Shown one piece after another: positions 26,181-41,369 of a stretch of 64,000 nt of DNA. Location: the NCBI GenBank assembly GCA_964187785.1, contig OZ076409.1, positions 56,422,001-56,486,000 on the forward strand. The letters are read 5' to 3'. Position 1 is the stretch's first letter. Every line of letters starts with the position of its first letter. This DNA comes from Amphiscolops sp. MND2022 (taxonomy: Eukaryota). Made by a program: the position numbers and the translations under genes. The notes under the pieces are model-generated. The model was not told where the DNA came from. It searched no databases and was given only the letters and a program-made list of their open reading frames with translations.

Positions 26181-29100
26181 TAGCTTTTTTCCATGATCTG
26201 GCTTCACATTCGAATGAAGGTTTATCATTCATGATCATGACTCTGATGAGAATCCATGATTCATCCATAGAGATCCATGACAGAAATCTACATGTTTAGT
26301 AATCCATGGAAGGTATTAGCAAGTCTGTGATAATTTATGCATTCCATCAAACTTCAATCAGGAGAGTTCGAATAGAACCATTTTTAGTCACAATTTTTTT
26401 CGTCCGGGGAAATTTTTCATGTGTGTTGAAGTCAATTTGTTAAATCTGGTTCATAACGGTAGAATAATATTTTAAAAAGATTGGTACAAATTAAAAAATC
26501 GTAATTTTGTTGAGGTGGAACAGCTAAATTTATCCGTGGCATCATGGCTTTTCATCCATGACTCACAGATATGGACCTAATGGATTGAAATGAATCGTGG
26601 ATGAATCATGGATGGAAAGCCATGGAATATAAATCAGAGTAAGAACCTAACTTTATGGCTGTTGTAATCTGTGGAAAAACCTCCGAAAATTTTTAAGGAT
26701 TTTTAAGAACCTCCGATCCATTTTTTAAGGATGACTTTTCAATTTTTATTGAAATATAGCAAGTAGTAAAAAACGCTGATGAGATGTTATTATTATTATA
26801 TGGACGGAAATCAAGAAAAACAAATTTTGTATTTCGATCCCAAACCACCACCTTGAAATTAAAATTAAAATTATAGGTTTTTGGTGCGGTTTTCAGTTGT
26901 TTTATTATAATATTTTCACTGATTTTTTCAAAAAGCATCGGCGGTAGGGGAACGGGTTCGGGACAGAAAATAACCTACTTTTGAAGTACTTACTGAGTTC
27001 AATGAATACGTGGCTCTAGAAAAAAAAACTTTTAAGGTTTGCAAACCTCTACGGCAGATGACAATGAATTGCCAAGTATGTTTAATTCTGTCAAAGGATG
27101 TATGAGTGTAATAAATTATTGATATATCGGAACGCATTTTTATCGCTTCCAGACTAGGCTTGGATTACGTGCTATATCCTTGACAGTTCTTTGGGGATCA
27201 GGTTATCTTGGAGCGAGGTTAGCTGCCTTGATTTGGTAGGAAAACAGCGGGACCAAGTCTACTTTTTCATCGAACTTCAAAGTTTTTCTTTTTGGTCGAG
27301 TTTTTCTTTTTTTGTCTTTTTTAACTTGAAGCCATCTACGACTGAACTAAATTCACCAGACCTTGAATAAAGAGAATATCATTTTTGGCGTAAAAATTCC
27401 GGACTTCATTGGAAGTTTTCAAAAACCTTCCATTTTTTATCCTGTCCGAATAATGAAGTTTTCAGTCTGTCAAAAAATTCAGGAGACTACAAGAGTTTGA
27501 ACCAAACAACTAAACTAAACTCCATTTAATTGAATTGAAAACAGTTTTATGGTCCCATAAATAACAAGACAATGTCAGAACTACGCATGTCCAACAATGA
27601 ACTTTGGAAACCATCGATTATTAAAGTTTTATAATTGGCCTTTTCAACCTAATCACATCTCGAAGAAAATTATTGTCAATAATTGAAAAAATAACGAAGT
27701 GTCAAATTATAGCTTACTGAAGAATTAGAGTTGAATTCCCTCCCGAAAAAGGATTCGGGCAGTTATAAGCGATGTTGACATTGATCGGATGTCAAAACAT
27801 GACAGAAACACAAAAGTGGGAATTATTGCAGCATGAAAAGACCACTTTTCCCAAGCCCTTTTTTATTATTGTTTGGGAGGCACCCTTTCTGGTTTTATTG
27901 TTCGCCTGATCTACACAGAAACAAATAAATCGTATTAAGTGGCTACAAATAAACGGTAAAAGCATGCGTTTTTTGAGACTGCGCAATTCAATTTTTGATT
28001 CCAAAACAAGATGGCCAGTCCTGCACCTGGATATATTTTAATTAGCCACCATTTTAAGGGCTCGACCAAAGTGTGATGCCTTATAGAGAAGGTTTTTGGA
28101 TTTATTTATATTTCTTTACTTTTGTTTGCAGCTTTCGTAACACGTGGCTTAACTTTTGTCTTGCAAGGCCGGTCTACAAACAAAATTTAGATGGCAAGTT
28201 TGTCTATTCGTTGAAAATTTGGCGAAATTCCAGGTAAAACTATGGAGGAAAAATTTACTTATATTGGTTTTTGCGAAACCAACGTTAAACGTTAGTCAAG
28301 AGTCTTCGTTTTTTGAGACCTTTTTGTTAAGCACATTGAGATACTCTCGCTTAGGATAAGTACAGGACTCTGCAATACTCTATTTTTGATGAAGGATCGT
28401 CGAAAGTTTTGGCATATCTTGCATGTTTGTTTCCTGTTGCGTATTCTTTGTACCACGAATTGAATTTCAGCAAAAAACCTTGGACCGAACTTAGAACTTC
28501 CTGAAAACAAATATTCGAGAACTTTCTGCGGCGTTTATTTGCTTTCCTAATGATTTCTATTGAGGGGTGATTTTGTTGTTGTTCCGCCAAAATTTTTCTA
28601 GTACAGTGGCAGTGGGTCTGATGGGAGGATTTGGCATAATGAACTTTGCAAGTTTTTTGCTAGACAACGACAGCAAAACATCCAAAAATTCCACAATTTT
28701 CCAGTTTTTGACCTCTATCGAGCAATTTTTAAAATGTTCGTGAGATTTTCTGGACTAGAATGTTCAAAAAGTTCAACAACAAAAGAGCTGGCTATCTCGG
28801 ACGTTTTTGTGGAGAGATAAAGACATTTTCACGTGAATAAAGTGTCGAAATACCAAGAAAAAGCAAAAAACCTCATTTTTTTGAAAATTTAATCCTGATT
28901 TTGGTCCAGTTTAAGGACTATTCCCAACTTTTGCGTTTTCGTAAATTAGAAAGTCCGCCAAACGCAGTAATGAAGCAATAGCACGCTTTTCACAAGAGAA
29001 TTTTTTTCATGCAAAAGTCTACACTTTCGACACTTTTCGATAAACTTTGTGAAACATTTGAAAGACTCAATAGATATTAAATTTCAAAGAGCTCAAAGTC

Positions 29101-32100
29101 AAAAGAAGTATTTTTCAGCTTTTTTCGAATCAAAAAATCTTCAGTGTTGGGATAATTCAAGGCCTCGAAATGAGAGGGATGCCTGAATTGAAATAAAAAT
29201 CGACAAAAGTTTCAACGTATCTAATTATATCCAATTTTTTCCGCAACGTTTGGAAGTTTGCGTGGCTCTGGAGCTCTGGAACTTCTCAATCTTTGTTTGT
29301 TAGAACGCACTTGATATTTTAGAGGGAATTTCAGGTTTTGTTTTCTGGTGAAAAGCTTGAGTGAACCTATTTCAAACATTCATCTTTCGAATGTTTCTTC
29401 TTAACCGTTTTCTAATGAAGTTGGGATATTTCCGGTGGTGTGAATATCCAGAGAGCTGAAAAGCAAACCTATCAGCTACCCATTTCACTGTTGAGTTTGA
29501 GAAAATTTAGTTTTACTATTTAAAAAAAGAGTGTAAAAGGAACCTAAGTTCAGTGTTTCTGATAACCATGGTGTAGTTTTCAAAGCGTTAGGCCTATGTT
29601 AGCGCGGATTCAGATTCAAATCTTTTTCATCTAAGAGTACATTTTGTGTTTCGAGTAAGTCATGTTTGTGTTTCCAGTAAGCTACTACTCCGGAGCTCAG
29701 TTATATGGTCTGAAAAAAACAATTAGCGGAGAAATCGAAAGTGTGAAAGCAACGATGAACATTTAGACTGATGTAACAAGTCCACTGTCAGTTGACAATG
29801 TAGCTGCACCTAGGATACTGAAGCTCACCTTGAAGAGATAGTGTCGGGACTTGTATTGATTTTCGCATATCAGAAATGGGCCAATCTTGGACCCCTGTGA
29901 TTCGAGATTTTTTCTTTATTTTCAACTTTCGACTAGATTTGGATTGGATGTTTTAGGCATATTTAGGCACTGGATCAACGGAGTACTAGTGCGTGTTTTC
30001 AAATAGTGTGTTTTCTCTCAAAATGGAATTTCTAAAGTTTCTCCGCATTTTCGCAGCTCATGAGCTTGTTCCTGGCTTGCTGGTTCTCCAGTTCAGCGTT
30101 TGTCACCACTATTGCAATGTTTTGTCTTTTAGGCATGGGTCATTTGCATCCGTAGCTTAATGATATCTAGCTATTGATTGGATAGTCATGAATTGCCTGA
30201 GTTTACCATAACAAATAGGCAACCAAAAGCAAGAAAAAAAGATAACAGCTTCTATTGATTACGTTTTTCGTAGTCGAATAGATCAGAAACAGACGCCCAC
30301 TGAACACTGGAACATTTTCCACTCCGAAAAATTTCAGCTTCAGCTGCAAAACGGGTTTTAGATTCAAACATCTATGCCAAATAAATTGTTCAAAGTTTGC
30401 AGAAACAGTTCAACAACTGAAACACTCTGACTCATTAAGACACCCATCATCTCAAACAATTTTGAACAAGAACTTCATATTTTTTCTTGGTCAATCAAGC
30501 TACGAAACAAAGTTTCTTGTCGTTGAACCCTGTAGTACGTCTGACATGTAATCCAAGTGTTCCGTTTGTAATTACTTCTAACTTCTGGTTTATCACAAAA
30601 CTAGACGGAATTAAAATGTCTTTTGGTTGTTCCCAGGCACTGTGCAACTAATACCGATTTATTCAGTTCACCTTGTTACTCAGAAAAGACCTTGATCATA
30701 GTTCAAAGAAAGCGCAGTCTGAATGTCATTAGGGCCTACATGTATATAAGGTTTACCCACAACCGGGTCGGGCTTCGAGTTCTGGCTTCGCCTTTTTTGC
30801 TTTCTCCGAACCTTCGTGGCCCTCGGTTATTTGCACCCTCTGCCACTAAGCAGGGTTGGAGTTCGAGACTTGCCTTCTCGTTAATCTCGGTTAAGAAATT
30901 CTCAAAAGAAGTGCGTTTTTGCTCTGCTCGAATAATTTCGAGCTATACTGCGTATAATGGTTCGAAAGCAAAGTCTTTTGAAGTCATGCATTTTGGAGGC
31001 ACGGTTTGATCCTAAATAGAGAGTTAAGTTCTAGTCAGTGTGAGTATATTAAAAATAGAAAAATTCATTTGAAGATACCACTCGGTAGATAGAAAAGTTG
31101 TATTTTTGCATATTTTGATGCGCGGTAGGCAAAATGACATTTGAACGGTATCCGATCATTTCTCGAATGCGATAAGTAACTTTTTATTTTCTATCTATTC
31201 TTCCCATAACTCAGAAACAAAGGGCTAGATAGAAAATAGAACACGTTTTTGATTGGAAAAATCAATATTGAGAAGAACATTCGGAGTAAATTTGCTTGAA
31301 TTGGCAAAAAAAAACATTTTGAGCAATCGACAGTTCACATGTTTGTTTGCAGTTTTCTTTGTTCGGCTTACAAATATAAATCCTTTCATTCGCGGGCTTT
31401 TTGAATTATTCTTTCCATTGTGTGATTGAAAAACGCCTCCTCATTTCAATTGATGCTATCTATTTTTTTGTCTGAGCGCATTTTAAACAACTTTCATCTT
31501 TTTGCATGCAGCTTGAAGAATCTAAATCCACCATACTTCGTTCAGTCAAGAGGTAAAACGGAGTGGGAAAAAATCTGAAAGTATTATCACTAAATATTTA
31601 ATTACCGTATCTTACTAAAAAAGACACTTTTGAGTACTTCACACAACATTTTTCAGGTTTTGCACCATTAGAGAAGATTATAAAGAGTTGCGCGTATGTT
31701 TTTCACTGAAATGTAGGCTCTGCTTGTATTTGGAGGCTTGAAATGGAATATCAGTTTTATCCGGAATCAAAATTTCGCGATCATATGGAAAATTTCTCTT
31801 ATGGAAAAAATGGTGCTTTTTTCTCGATTTTGCGCAAGTTGTAAGATATGAAACCCCCTAGAAGCTTCACGGTTTGAGTTCAACCCTCTTTCAACCAAAT
31901 ATTTCAAGTGACGATGCCCAGTTAAGGAATTGGAGATACGATGATACAACGCGTACCAAAACAAGACGCCCGCTGAGCAGCGAGATATTTTCCGCCCCAA
32001 ACTGTTCTACAACGACATAAAGGTGAGGCTCAAGAATAGCCAATGCACCATGAAAATGCAAAGAAGTTCAAAGAAAAGAAAATTTTTATTCATCCTAGCA

Positions 32101-35100
32101 TATTTCAAAGAAAAGATCTAAATCTTTATTTATGCGACAGCAGAAATAATAAAGAAATCTGAAAGATGCAACTTTAAAATTCACATATTTCGTTCGGCAG
32201 TCCCGACAACAATTCATTTCTCGTTCGATGAAACGAGCGAGTGTTAATTATCTATTCATTGAGATGACGCGATCGAGTGTTAATTGTTCGTACGCGAGTT
32301 CATGATATAATACGAATGAGTTGTTATTCGTTCGCCAGATTTTTTTTATTATTCAAATGACAATGCGAAATTTTGTCAACGCTTAGTAACTGAATGTTTT
32401 TTAGTCCGTGAAGAAATGAAGGCCGTGTAAACTGGTACAGTGCTAAATGGTGCGCTGAATATTGATTTCAAAGGAGTGTATCGTTAGTCCAGATTTTTTC
32501 TATTGATTCTATCCTTTTATTATTGAACATGACAGCCCCAAAGCAGAAATAATTCTGATATAAACGCACCAACTATCTAATTGTTTTGTTAATGAACTAC
32601 GTGATTACCAGTACCTAGCATACCAAATTATCAGTCAATGCTTTTCTTCAGGAAAGAACGACTATAATGATGGCTTCTCGTCAGTGTGTTTTTTGATATA
32701 CCTGATCAGTAGAAAATAGTTAAACGCTTCAAGTACCATCTCAATACCACATGGCCGCGGATATCCGCTGTCTTACACGTACGCGGATATCTGCTTCGGG
32801 TCTCGCCCTAAACAAATCGGTTTTCATATTGGATAAATAGAGGTGAAAAGCAAAAGGGCACTTCAATTTTTTTCCGGGACAATGCGACTTTTTTCAGCTT
32901 TTTTGAACATAAACCCCCTCCCTAGTTTTTCAGCAGAAACAACAGCGTTTTGCAAGTCGAGCTGGCCTCTTTTTGTTTTTTCGACACTATGCGACTTTCC
33001 GAGTAAAGAGAAATTTTTGAAAATTGTTTCCGAAAACAGTCTCCGATTTTTTTCCTAATCAGTAGTTCTTTGAAGGTTTCTGTAAATGAAATATGCTTCG
33101 TGAGTTCTGGGGGTGACATCTCTGCTACTTCATGAGTCTGTGGAATCGATGAGTTTTCTCAATGTTTGTGGAAATTACTTCTTTTCAGCTTTTGTTCCGC
33201 TCGGTGCTTCTTTCCGAAACCTTTATTCGGTCAAAGGGTTTCCTCCGTCGCTTTGAAAACTGATTTCGGCTTGCGAAAAACTAGTTATGCTGCGATTTGA
33301 TACTATTTCGGCTTTATGGTACTTTTCTGAATAAAATTCAGATATTGAAGTTTTCGTTTCCTGTTGAGAAAAAAGTTGTTTCCGAGTCTATGGTGTTCTT
33401 CTTGGGGTAATGTATGGCACTGAGAAAATGGAAGGACTTGACCAGTCCTAGGACTCGAACTAGTGTCCTTTGCATGTTTGAGAAACTTGACCGGTGCGCC
33501 AACTTGGGTCGGTCCCGGCTTGTAATAGTATTGCATATAACGTCATCTGAAGTTTCGAAAAAAAGAAAAATTAGATACTTTCGACAACTTTAGGCTCAAT
33601 TCGAGAAACTTTCCCACCATGAAACTTCAGATGTCTCTTCTGACAAGCCTACTGGATACCGAGTTTAGTTTTTAGTGAATGTTTACACTTTTGAAATCCA
33701 CGAAGTATCTCGAAATCTTTAAAGAGAGATTGTACGAAAGTGTCAAAAACTTTCTAATATCTGGGTCTTTCTCCGATTTCCTTCTCGCATGGAAACTGTC
33801 AAAACATTTTCGTTCGGAACGCGTGCTCCATACCTAGTGACTTCGCTTCGAGTTTTTTGAATTTTGAATATTTGAGAAACAAGGTCGAAAACGAGTTTTA
33901 CTTTTCCAAGTAAATTTTTGGAAAGGGTCCAAAAATCGGACTGAGTTGTCGAAGAAACTTTAGAAATTTTGGAATTTTCACCACCTTTGTTGTTAAATTC
34001 GATGAAAATTATCTCACTTTTCTTTCCCAAATTGCGTTTTGAGTACCCCGTTCTTTCAACGGCCAGATCATTTGAAGTTGTATTCTACAATGATCTGGTG
34101 GTTCGAACAAAAATGGGATTGCTGCGTAAAAAAACAGCTTTATTTAGTTTTTTTTTGTTTTTTGGGCATTTTTGAGGTGCCTATTGGATCCGGGATTTTC
34201 AATGCTGAGTTTTTAAACCATTATATGCAAGAAAGTTGTGGAAAATTAAACAAAAAACAGCCTAAAAATGCAATAAACATGAAAATTCAGAGTTTTTCGC
34301 TTATTTTGGGTCGCTCTGAGTAATCGTTCGGCCATGAGCCGCACACCTAGTTTTAATATCTGGAGCTTTGAAAAGCTTTTATCGTAACTAAGACTTTCTA
34401 ATCTCAAACAAAAAATTACTGACAGTCTCAGAAATCGGCAAAAATTTGGACATTTTCGATTTTTTTGCGACATTTTCAATCCGAAGTCAGCCAATATGCC
34501 ATAAAAAACTCTACTGGAAGATGAGTTCAGTCGTTCTTGAACGTTGTCTAACATTGTGGCTCCAAACCAATTCAAAAATTATACATAACATGCAAAAAAA
34601 CGCTGCAACGTTCTCTTTTAAGGGTTCTGTATTGCAGTTTGTTTCGTGTTTGAACGTTTTGGAACTTTGAATGATGAAGTCGCTCGGAAGTTGTGCAAAA
34701 ACTGCATTAAAACGACAAATCTCGAAATTTTTTGTCACTTTCCGTGCCAATTTGTTGCATTTTCCTATACTAACTGTATTTTTCTCTGAACGAAAGCTTA
34801 TTGAAAAAACGGTTTCCTCCATTGTTTAACAGTTCTAACTATTTAATCCACGAAAACCGTCGAAAATGTGACAAAAAAGGATTAAAATTGCGAAAACCGG
34901 ACAAATTTGTGTTTTTTGTCATTTTTGGCGTCATTTCCAGATAATTCTCATTTGAAAAACAGCAATTGTATCTTTTCGGAAACTCTGAGTCTTCGTCTTG
35001 TTGTCTTTTGTCCACGAATTCTATCGAAAATTTGACAAAAAAAATTCATAAAAACGTTAGAAATCGGGAAATTTTGGTATTTTTGGTCTTTTTCCGGGTC

Positions 35101-38100
35101 ATTATGGGTCATTATGAGTCATTATGGGTTCATTTTTGTCATTTCAAAAACGTCCAAAAATCTCTAAAAATACATATCGCACGAAGCTAAAGGTATGTGA
35201 GTTTGAATTGCTAAAGTTATGTGAGTGACACCTTTAAATTCGACTATATACTTGGTGCTTGGCAAATTTTGTTAAAAAAAACGTTTGATTTATTAAATAT
35301 TTCCTTTCCATATGGAATATGGACGGAAATTATTGATTCAATTACAAGAAAGGCTCATGAAAACAAACGGATTCGTTCGGGCATGGTATATCTACATTTA
35401 AGACTCAGCCCATTTCGGAAGCAAAATACAAGAAGATGCATGATAGTTGTTTTACATGTTACATTTATTATGCTCGCAAACGCGTTTCAAAACGCATAAC
35501 AAATTCGGATATTCCTTATTGAAGCCAATTTAAACTCAGTGCGAATATGGCGTGAAAACTTCAGCACCATTAATGTAGCAGTGATTGAGCAGCGTAGGAG
35601 TTTTGATGCATTCATTTGAGAGACCCTTGATATTTATGAAAGTTGCAAAAATTAATATTGGCCAATACTTGAAAAGGATGAGCGAACAATACGTTACAGA
35701 GGCCGATAGTGCCAAAACAGATTACAACTACCCAGAGATGGTAAGATTACGGTAAGATGAGTTGACTATTACATGGCTATACCCGAAAGAGGCAAGATTT
35801 CCTGTTGCTGGACTGTTGTTACGCCAACTGTGAAATTGGCCACCCTCGATATGAATAAAGCTGAAAAATTTTATATAGTATTCATGTACAAACAATGTAT
35901 TCTCCTCGTTCTTTGTAGTTTTTCCTCCTTTTTTGAAGCTGGGGGAGGGGGCATTGTAACAAGTTTATGCAATCTTAAACAGTGCAACGTCTTGTGGCGT
36001 TGTAGAAATTGTAAGAAATTATTCGATGAATGAGATAGTCTTTGTGTTAAAGATGTATCTTTTACAAGTAAACTTTCTCCCCCAATTTTTCCGGATTCGC
36101 AAATTCGCTAATATTTACAAATTTATTCCCATGTTGTTCACGCACAACATGTCTTGTTTGAGAACCCACAGTTCTATATCTCATATTCGTGAACAAGAGA
36201 AGCATTCTATAATGCATAAATGGTCATGGCTACTTAAAGCGTGCATAAAATTGATTTTTGGGCCAGTATGTGTAGATCTCGGCCACTTACGGGTTGGAGC
36301 GGATTGATTGTCGTTTTATCCCTTTGCTGTGATACGTATTGTGCTAAAATCAATTCTCTAGTAAATTTAGCTGCTGTTTAAATTAATGAACTTGACGATA
36401 AATATTTGAACACTTTTTTTGCAACTCGTTTCAATTGCTTCTCGTTTCAACTTTCACTGCTTGAATCAAGATGACATGCTTACAATGACTTTTTCTTGAT
36501 TTTAACTGTTTTCAAAGATCTTTTTCATCGACAGTTTTTAAATGGGTGACGTTGTTTACAGAACATTTCATTTTGGACTTTTAATTAACATTCGAGTCAT
36601 TGATCGAAGGAGAGCCTTCGAAAACGCCATGCACCTGAGTTGTGGTTTCAATGCGTTTCTAAAATAAATGAGAGAAAAACTGTGATGATGATTTCCAATA
36701 AAAACGAGTGCAAAAAGAGCCAACAGATCCAAAATGATATCAAAGGTGATTTAACGTTTGAAAACTTTCAAATCAACTGCTCAAGCATGAATGGTCAGTT
36801 TCCACTATATATTCAAGAACAGAAAAAATTGTTTTTTAACGCAGGTTTCCAAGCAAAATCTTCAGGCTCATTTAAAAAAATCTATGCAAAAATGATGTGA
36901 AGTAGAGCGTGACAGCTCATGAACTTTAGATTCAGACTGTTTTAATTAACTTCCTTTATGTTAATCGTATACCTGCCAATATAGAGTAGAAGAAGCGTAG
37001 CTTTCATCAGTAGTAAAAAGAGATAAGGATACAATACACTTTCAGAAAAAGCGTCTTTTGTATAAGTTAAAATATACAATATGATGAAAAAAAACATTTG
37101 ACCCCAAAAGAAGCATTTGGTTTCAGAATTTCATCTCGAGAGTACTTTCGTCGTCGAATTTTAAAATAAGCAAGTTTGACCCTGTCCCTGTTTCATGCTA
37201 GCATTGAAATTTAGAAAACTTTGAATTTCGTTCATCTTGGTACGATTCGATCTTGTGATAAAGAATCATTTTAGTAAAATCTTAATGAGATTGTAAAAAC
37301 AATGTGGCAAGATCTTGTCATGGTAGCCAAATTGCTAGTAAGAGGGTCAACTTGAGTTGCAATTATAATCCAAAAAACTTCTTTGACTTTTCATGCTAGC
37401 TACTGAAAGCACAGGGTACACCTATTTCTGTGATGTGGTAAAACAAAGGAAAATTCATTTAGCTGGTCACGCGATTTGAGCGAGACAATTGAACGGAGAC
37501 ATTGTGTTTGTTAATACAATCTTGATTTCCCATTGGAAGTACCCCTGAAAACTCTTCGCTGTTTTGACCCTTTTGTTACCTCGATAAGTGATCTTGAAGC
37601 ATCAAACGCAAACAAATTTGGACCTAGGACCAGTATCTGTCATTTTTCTTTGAACGTTGCATCTATTGTGATTACGTAATCATACCTAACTGAACATCAA
37701 GGCCAAAGACCGACTGGATGCTTTGAAATTCGAAAAATGGGAAGCGAGTAGAGTGCCTATGTTGACATTTACAATTCCGTTTGTAGAAGAAAGAAATGAA
37801 GAAAGAGAAAATAAATCGACAAAATTGGAAAAACCTAATTATTTTTCAAGTTTAAACTTGAGAAATAATTGTAGTAAGGTGGAAAAAATAAGAAAAATGG
37901 TCTAATGATAACAGACGTCGAGTTTGCTGGAGCCAAATTTGTATTGTCATCGCCCCTTCAGCCAAAAAAAGCAGAAAACGTTATGAAGGAAAAAGGAATC
38001 CACATATTTTGTACATTTACGGCTCAGAAAGCCTAGATAGATAATGAAAAAAATATTGTCGTTTTTTATAACTCAATGGTATTTTTATCTCGATGTTTTG

Positions 38101-40309
38101 CGCAAGTTTGTCAAATTGATTATAAAAATATAAAAATGTTCCGATGGGTTGGTTTTCAATTCAAATGGCAGTTTTTAGCAATTAGGTTGCTCTCGACAAC
38201 TGAGGACACATAGCCTTTTGTCCTTTATAAACCCCTCTCGCTCGATAGAACGCTAATGAAAATCATATCTTCACAAGGACAAAGAAAAAAATGTTTACAT
38301 CGAAATGACAATCAGAAATCAATCTCTTCAAGGTTGAATAAAAAACTGATTTTCAATTGCCTACTCTCAGAATGAAACAAAATCTTTAAATACGTTTTTT
38401 GAAGGACATGTTTATGTGGGACGCAGAACAGATACTAAACCCCATTTCGGATCTTTTTAAAATTGTTTTCAACAAAACGCCCATTGAGCACAGGGACATT
38501 TTCCATTTCAAACTATTTTCGCTACGACATATATTCTCTTAAGGGACGATACTCTTAAGGCCCCCCAGCGTAAACTATTGCCAATAAACTACGAACTTGG
38601 TTTTTAAAAAGTTCAAAACATTTTGAGCACTTTTAAACACATTTAAACTTTTTCTATTAAATTTCAACTGAGTTTCACCTGACTGAGACTTGTTCAGCTA
38701 TAATACTTGGTAAAGTAGTTGAAGAAGTCAAAAATGCTGTTCCCTTTGAAGCTGCAGAAAAACATAATACTGGAAAAGTCTTTAAAGAAAATCGGCACAC
38801 TTCTGTAAAGATTCTGCAGATATGTAAGATTCTTCAAGTTTCAGTGCAACGATCTTTGCATGCAAAACCCTGCAGAAAAAATCCTGTAGATTGGCGCAGA
38901 TTCGCAAAGATCAAAAACCTGGGATTGCATTTGTTAACTGTTTTACTTATAATCATGAAGATGAAGAGCCATATTTATTGATGTATGGTTCTGTAGAAGA
39001 GGAACAATTGCCAAATTATACTTTATCGTAAATGGAGGGAGATCCGAACTTCATGTTTATGAAAGAAGAAAACACTTCTAAAAACGGTTCCATTACAATT
39101 ACAAGTTGGTGGAAAAAGTGAGTGTTTTGCATGCAAGTGATCATTTCGCTAGGTATGATTGTTTGCAAGTTTCACAAAATGTTGGCTAGGGACTAGGGTT
39201 GGTAACAGATGATGAAAGTTGAAGAAAGAGTGAATATTGAGAATTAGCGGGGGTTGAGGGACTATGCAATGGCTAATTGGATTAAGTTGCTCTTTGTTGT
39301 GTATTTGGTCGCTGAGCTACTTGACTGCATCTATGTGTGGCCATAGATGAGCATAGGAGTGCATATATGGTAGCGATGGCAGTCAGCATTGCAACCATGG
39401 TGTGCTAATTCAATTTTACAGACACAACCTGTCAATAATGATCACGCGGTGTTTGCGGGTTAGATGGAATGAAAGAATTGCTCTCAGCCGAAGTTCTCAC
39501 CACGTCCAAACCAGTCCGTTCATTCCCTAGAGCTGCCGCTCTCCATTGTTGTTCTTACCCTTACAATGACTCTCTTGTCATCAACACACTTTTTTACTTT
39601 ATACAAAATGAAGACAACTGTAAATTACAATAAAATTACAGGAAAAAAGCTCTAATTACAAACCCACACAGGGGTATCCAATTCTATAGCCTGTCATCCG
39701 GGCTTATAACCAGAGAAGACCGGGTTGACATGGGTTTGAAATGTAGTCGCTCTTCGGTAGCCTCACACGCATATGTTCAGGATCAGATAACAGCCCCGCA
39801 GGCCGTACGTCTGTAGTTTGCCCCATAAATCAATGCTCACCTCGCATTAAATTACATTTTATTGCACAACCGTGTAACCAAGCTACTTTTCAACCAGTTA
39901 AGCTACCCGGCAAGTAAATTTTTTGGTAGGTCCACCAACAAGTACGTCTCGTTTATAACTTTATTCTATTTCACAAACATCTCCCGAGTTTTTCTTCATT
40001 TCAGATGTTCCAAAAACCCCATCGGCGCTCACTTGTGTTTGCGTTACTTTTCAAGTGACACCTACACGGCGTGAGACTGTTGGTAAATCGAGAATCAATT
40101 GAAGAAAATGATAAAACAAATAGACGAAAACTTGACAGTGGTAAAATAGACGGATGGTAGCTTGGTACAACGGACACCGCGTTCAATCGACATGAAATTT
40201 TTGACTAAGTATGCTTTATAGCGAAGTGCTCTTGTGATGTGATCAGCGATTAGAAATTGGTGCATTTGTAAGTGTTTACATGGTAAGAGTTGTAAATTGA
40301 ATCACTTAC

Positions 40310-40568
40310 AAGTGTTGACAAAATGCTCCGTAGTACTCGACTTGGCAGCGACACACAGCCTCCTGGGAATCGACACTGGCCTCGCACACGGCTCCGTTCT
40401 GACAGGGGTTGCGACTAGCGTGACATGGGTCAACAAGCTCACACTTTGTTCCGTGCCACCCGTCTTGGCACAGACACGAGGGTTCCTTGCTAATGGAATC
40501 CACCTCACATCGCCCACCGTTCATACAATTCAAGGTTTGACAAGGACTTGGACCGTCGCAGAAATCAC
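40310..40568 (-). CDS. Exon B of multi-EGF-repeat protein (two complete EGF domains)
   Basis: Acceptor TTTTTTTCAG, donor GTAAGT. Translates (G)DFCDGPSPCQTLNCMNGGRCEVDSISKEPSCLCQDGWHGTKCELVDPCHASRNPCQNGAVCEASVDSQEAVCRCQVEYYGAFCQH. 259 nt, phase 1 to 2. Confidence 0.92.
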
Positions 40569-40930
40569 CTGAAAAAAAGGTTTTTTTTTAAAACTTTTGG
40601 AGATCACTGAAACTTGAAAAATTGACTTGAAACATAAGACTGAATGAATTTTCCTTGCAGTATTGACTTGAAAATAATGAATTGAAAATATGGCATTCAT
40701 TGCTTTAAAAAACACAAAATACTTTTCAATCATTGGTAAAATATTTGCAGATAATAAATATCTCGGTTAGAAAGTTTGTTTTTAGATAGTAATGTCGTTC
40801 AAATAAATTTCATGTTGCTGTTTTTGTTAAGTTTGCAACAGACAGATTGACGCCTTTAGTGGGGTATGAAAACCAACAAAGGGGCCCTTTGGTGCAGTAA
40901 AACTTGAAGGTATTTGAAATCTGAGAAAAA

Positions 40931-41247
40931 TCAAGTACATTCAAAGGCATTACTAGCTGGGCAACAACGTTTGTCACCGGACCGACAACGTAATTTAATA
41001 TAGGTGCATTTGGGGTCCTTTGGTCCTGTATCAAGCATCTTGGTAATGGAAGTATATGGCATTGTATATTGTGTCGCAATACATTTAAAATTTGCATAAC
41101 AGCGCCTAGACTCATTTCACTTTTTAATGCGAGGTCTTTGAAGCAAGGTAACACAGTCTTGGGACAGGCACTTTTTATTTAGTGTGAAACACCGGGCAAA
41201 AACAGACCTAGCGCTGTCCGGTGCACTATTGGTGGCATGATAAACGT
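40931..41247 (-). pseudogene. Candidate Cys-rich terminal exon with in-frame TGA (pseudo-exon, true stop or recoded codon)
   Basis: Acceptor GATTTTTCAG, in phase with the 41528-41370 exon across a 122-nt GT-AG intron. 42 codons, then TGA at 41119-41117, then 61 more open codons with 7 Cys to TGA at 40933-40931. Confidence 0.42.
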
Positions 41248-41369
41248 CTGAAAAATCACTCAAATGTTCGAAACGACTTTCCCTAACTGCAGAGGTGCTT
41301 TTTGTACTGAACTGTTTGAATGATATGTTAATTGCGGCCGGCGGGAACAGAATGCTTCTCTCTACCTAC

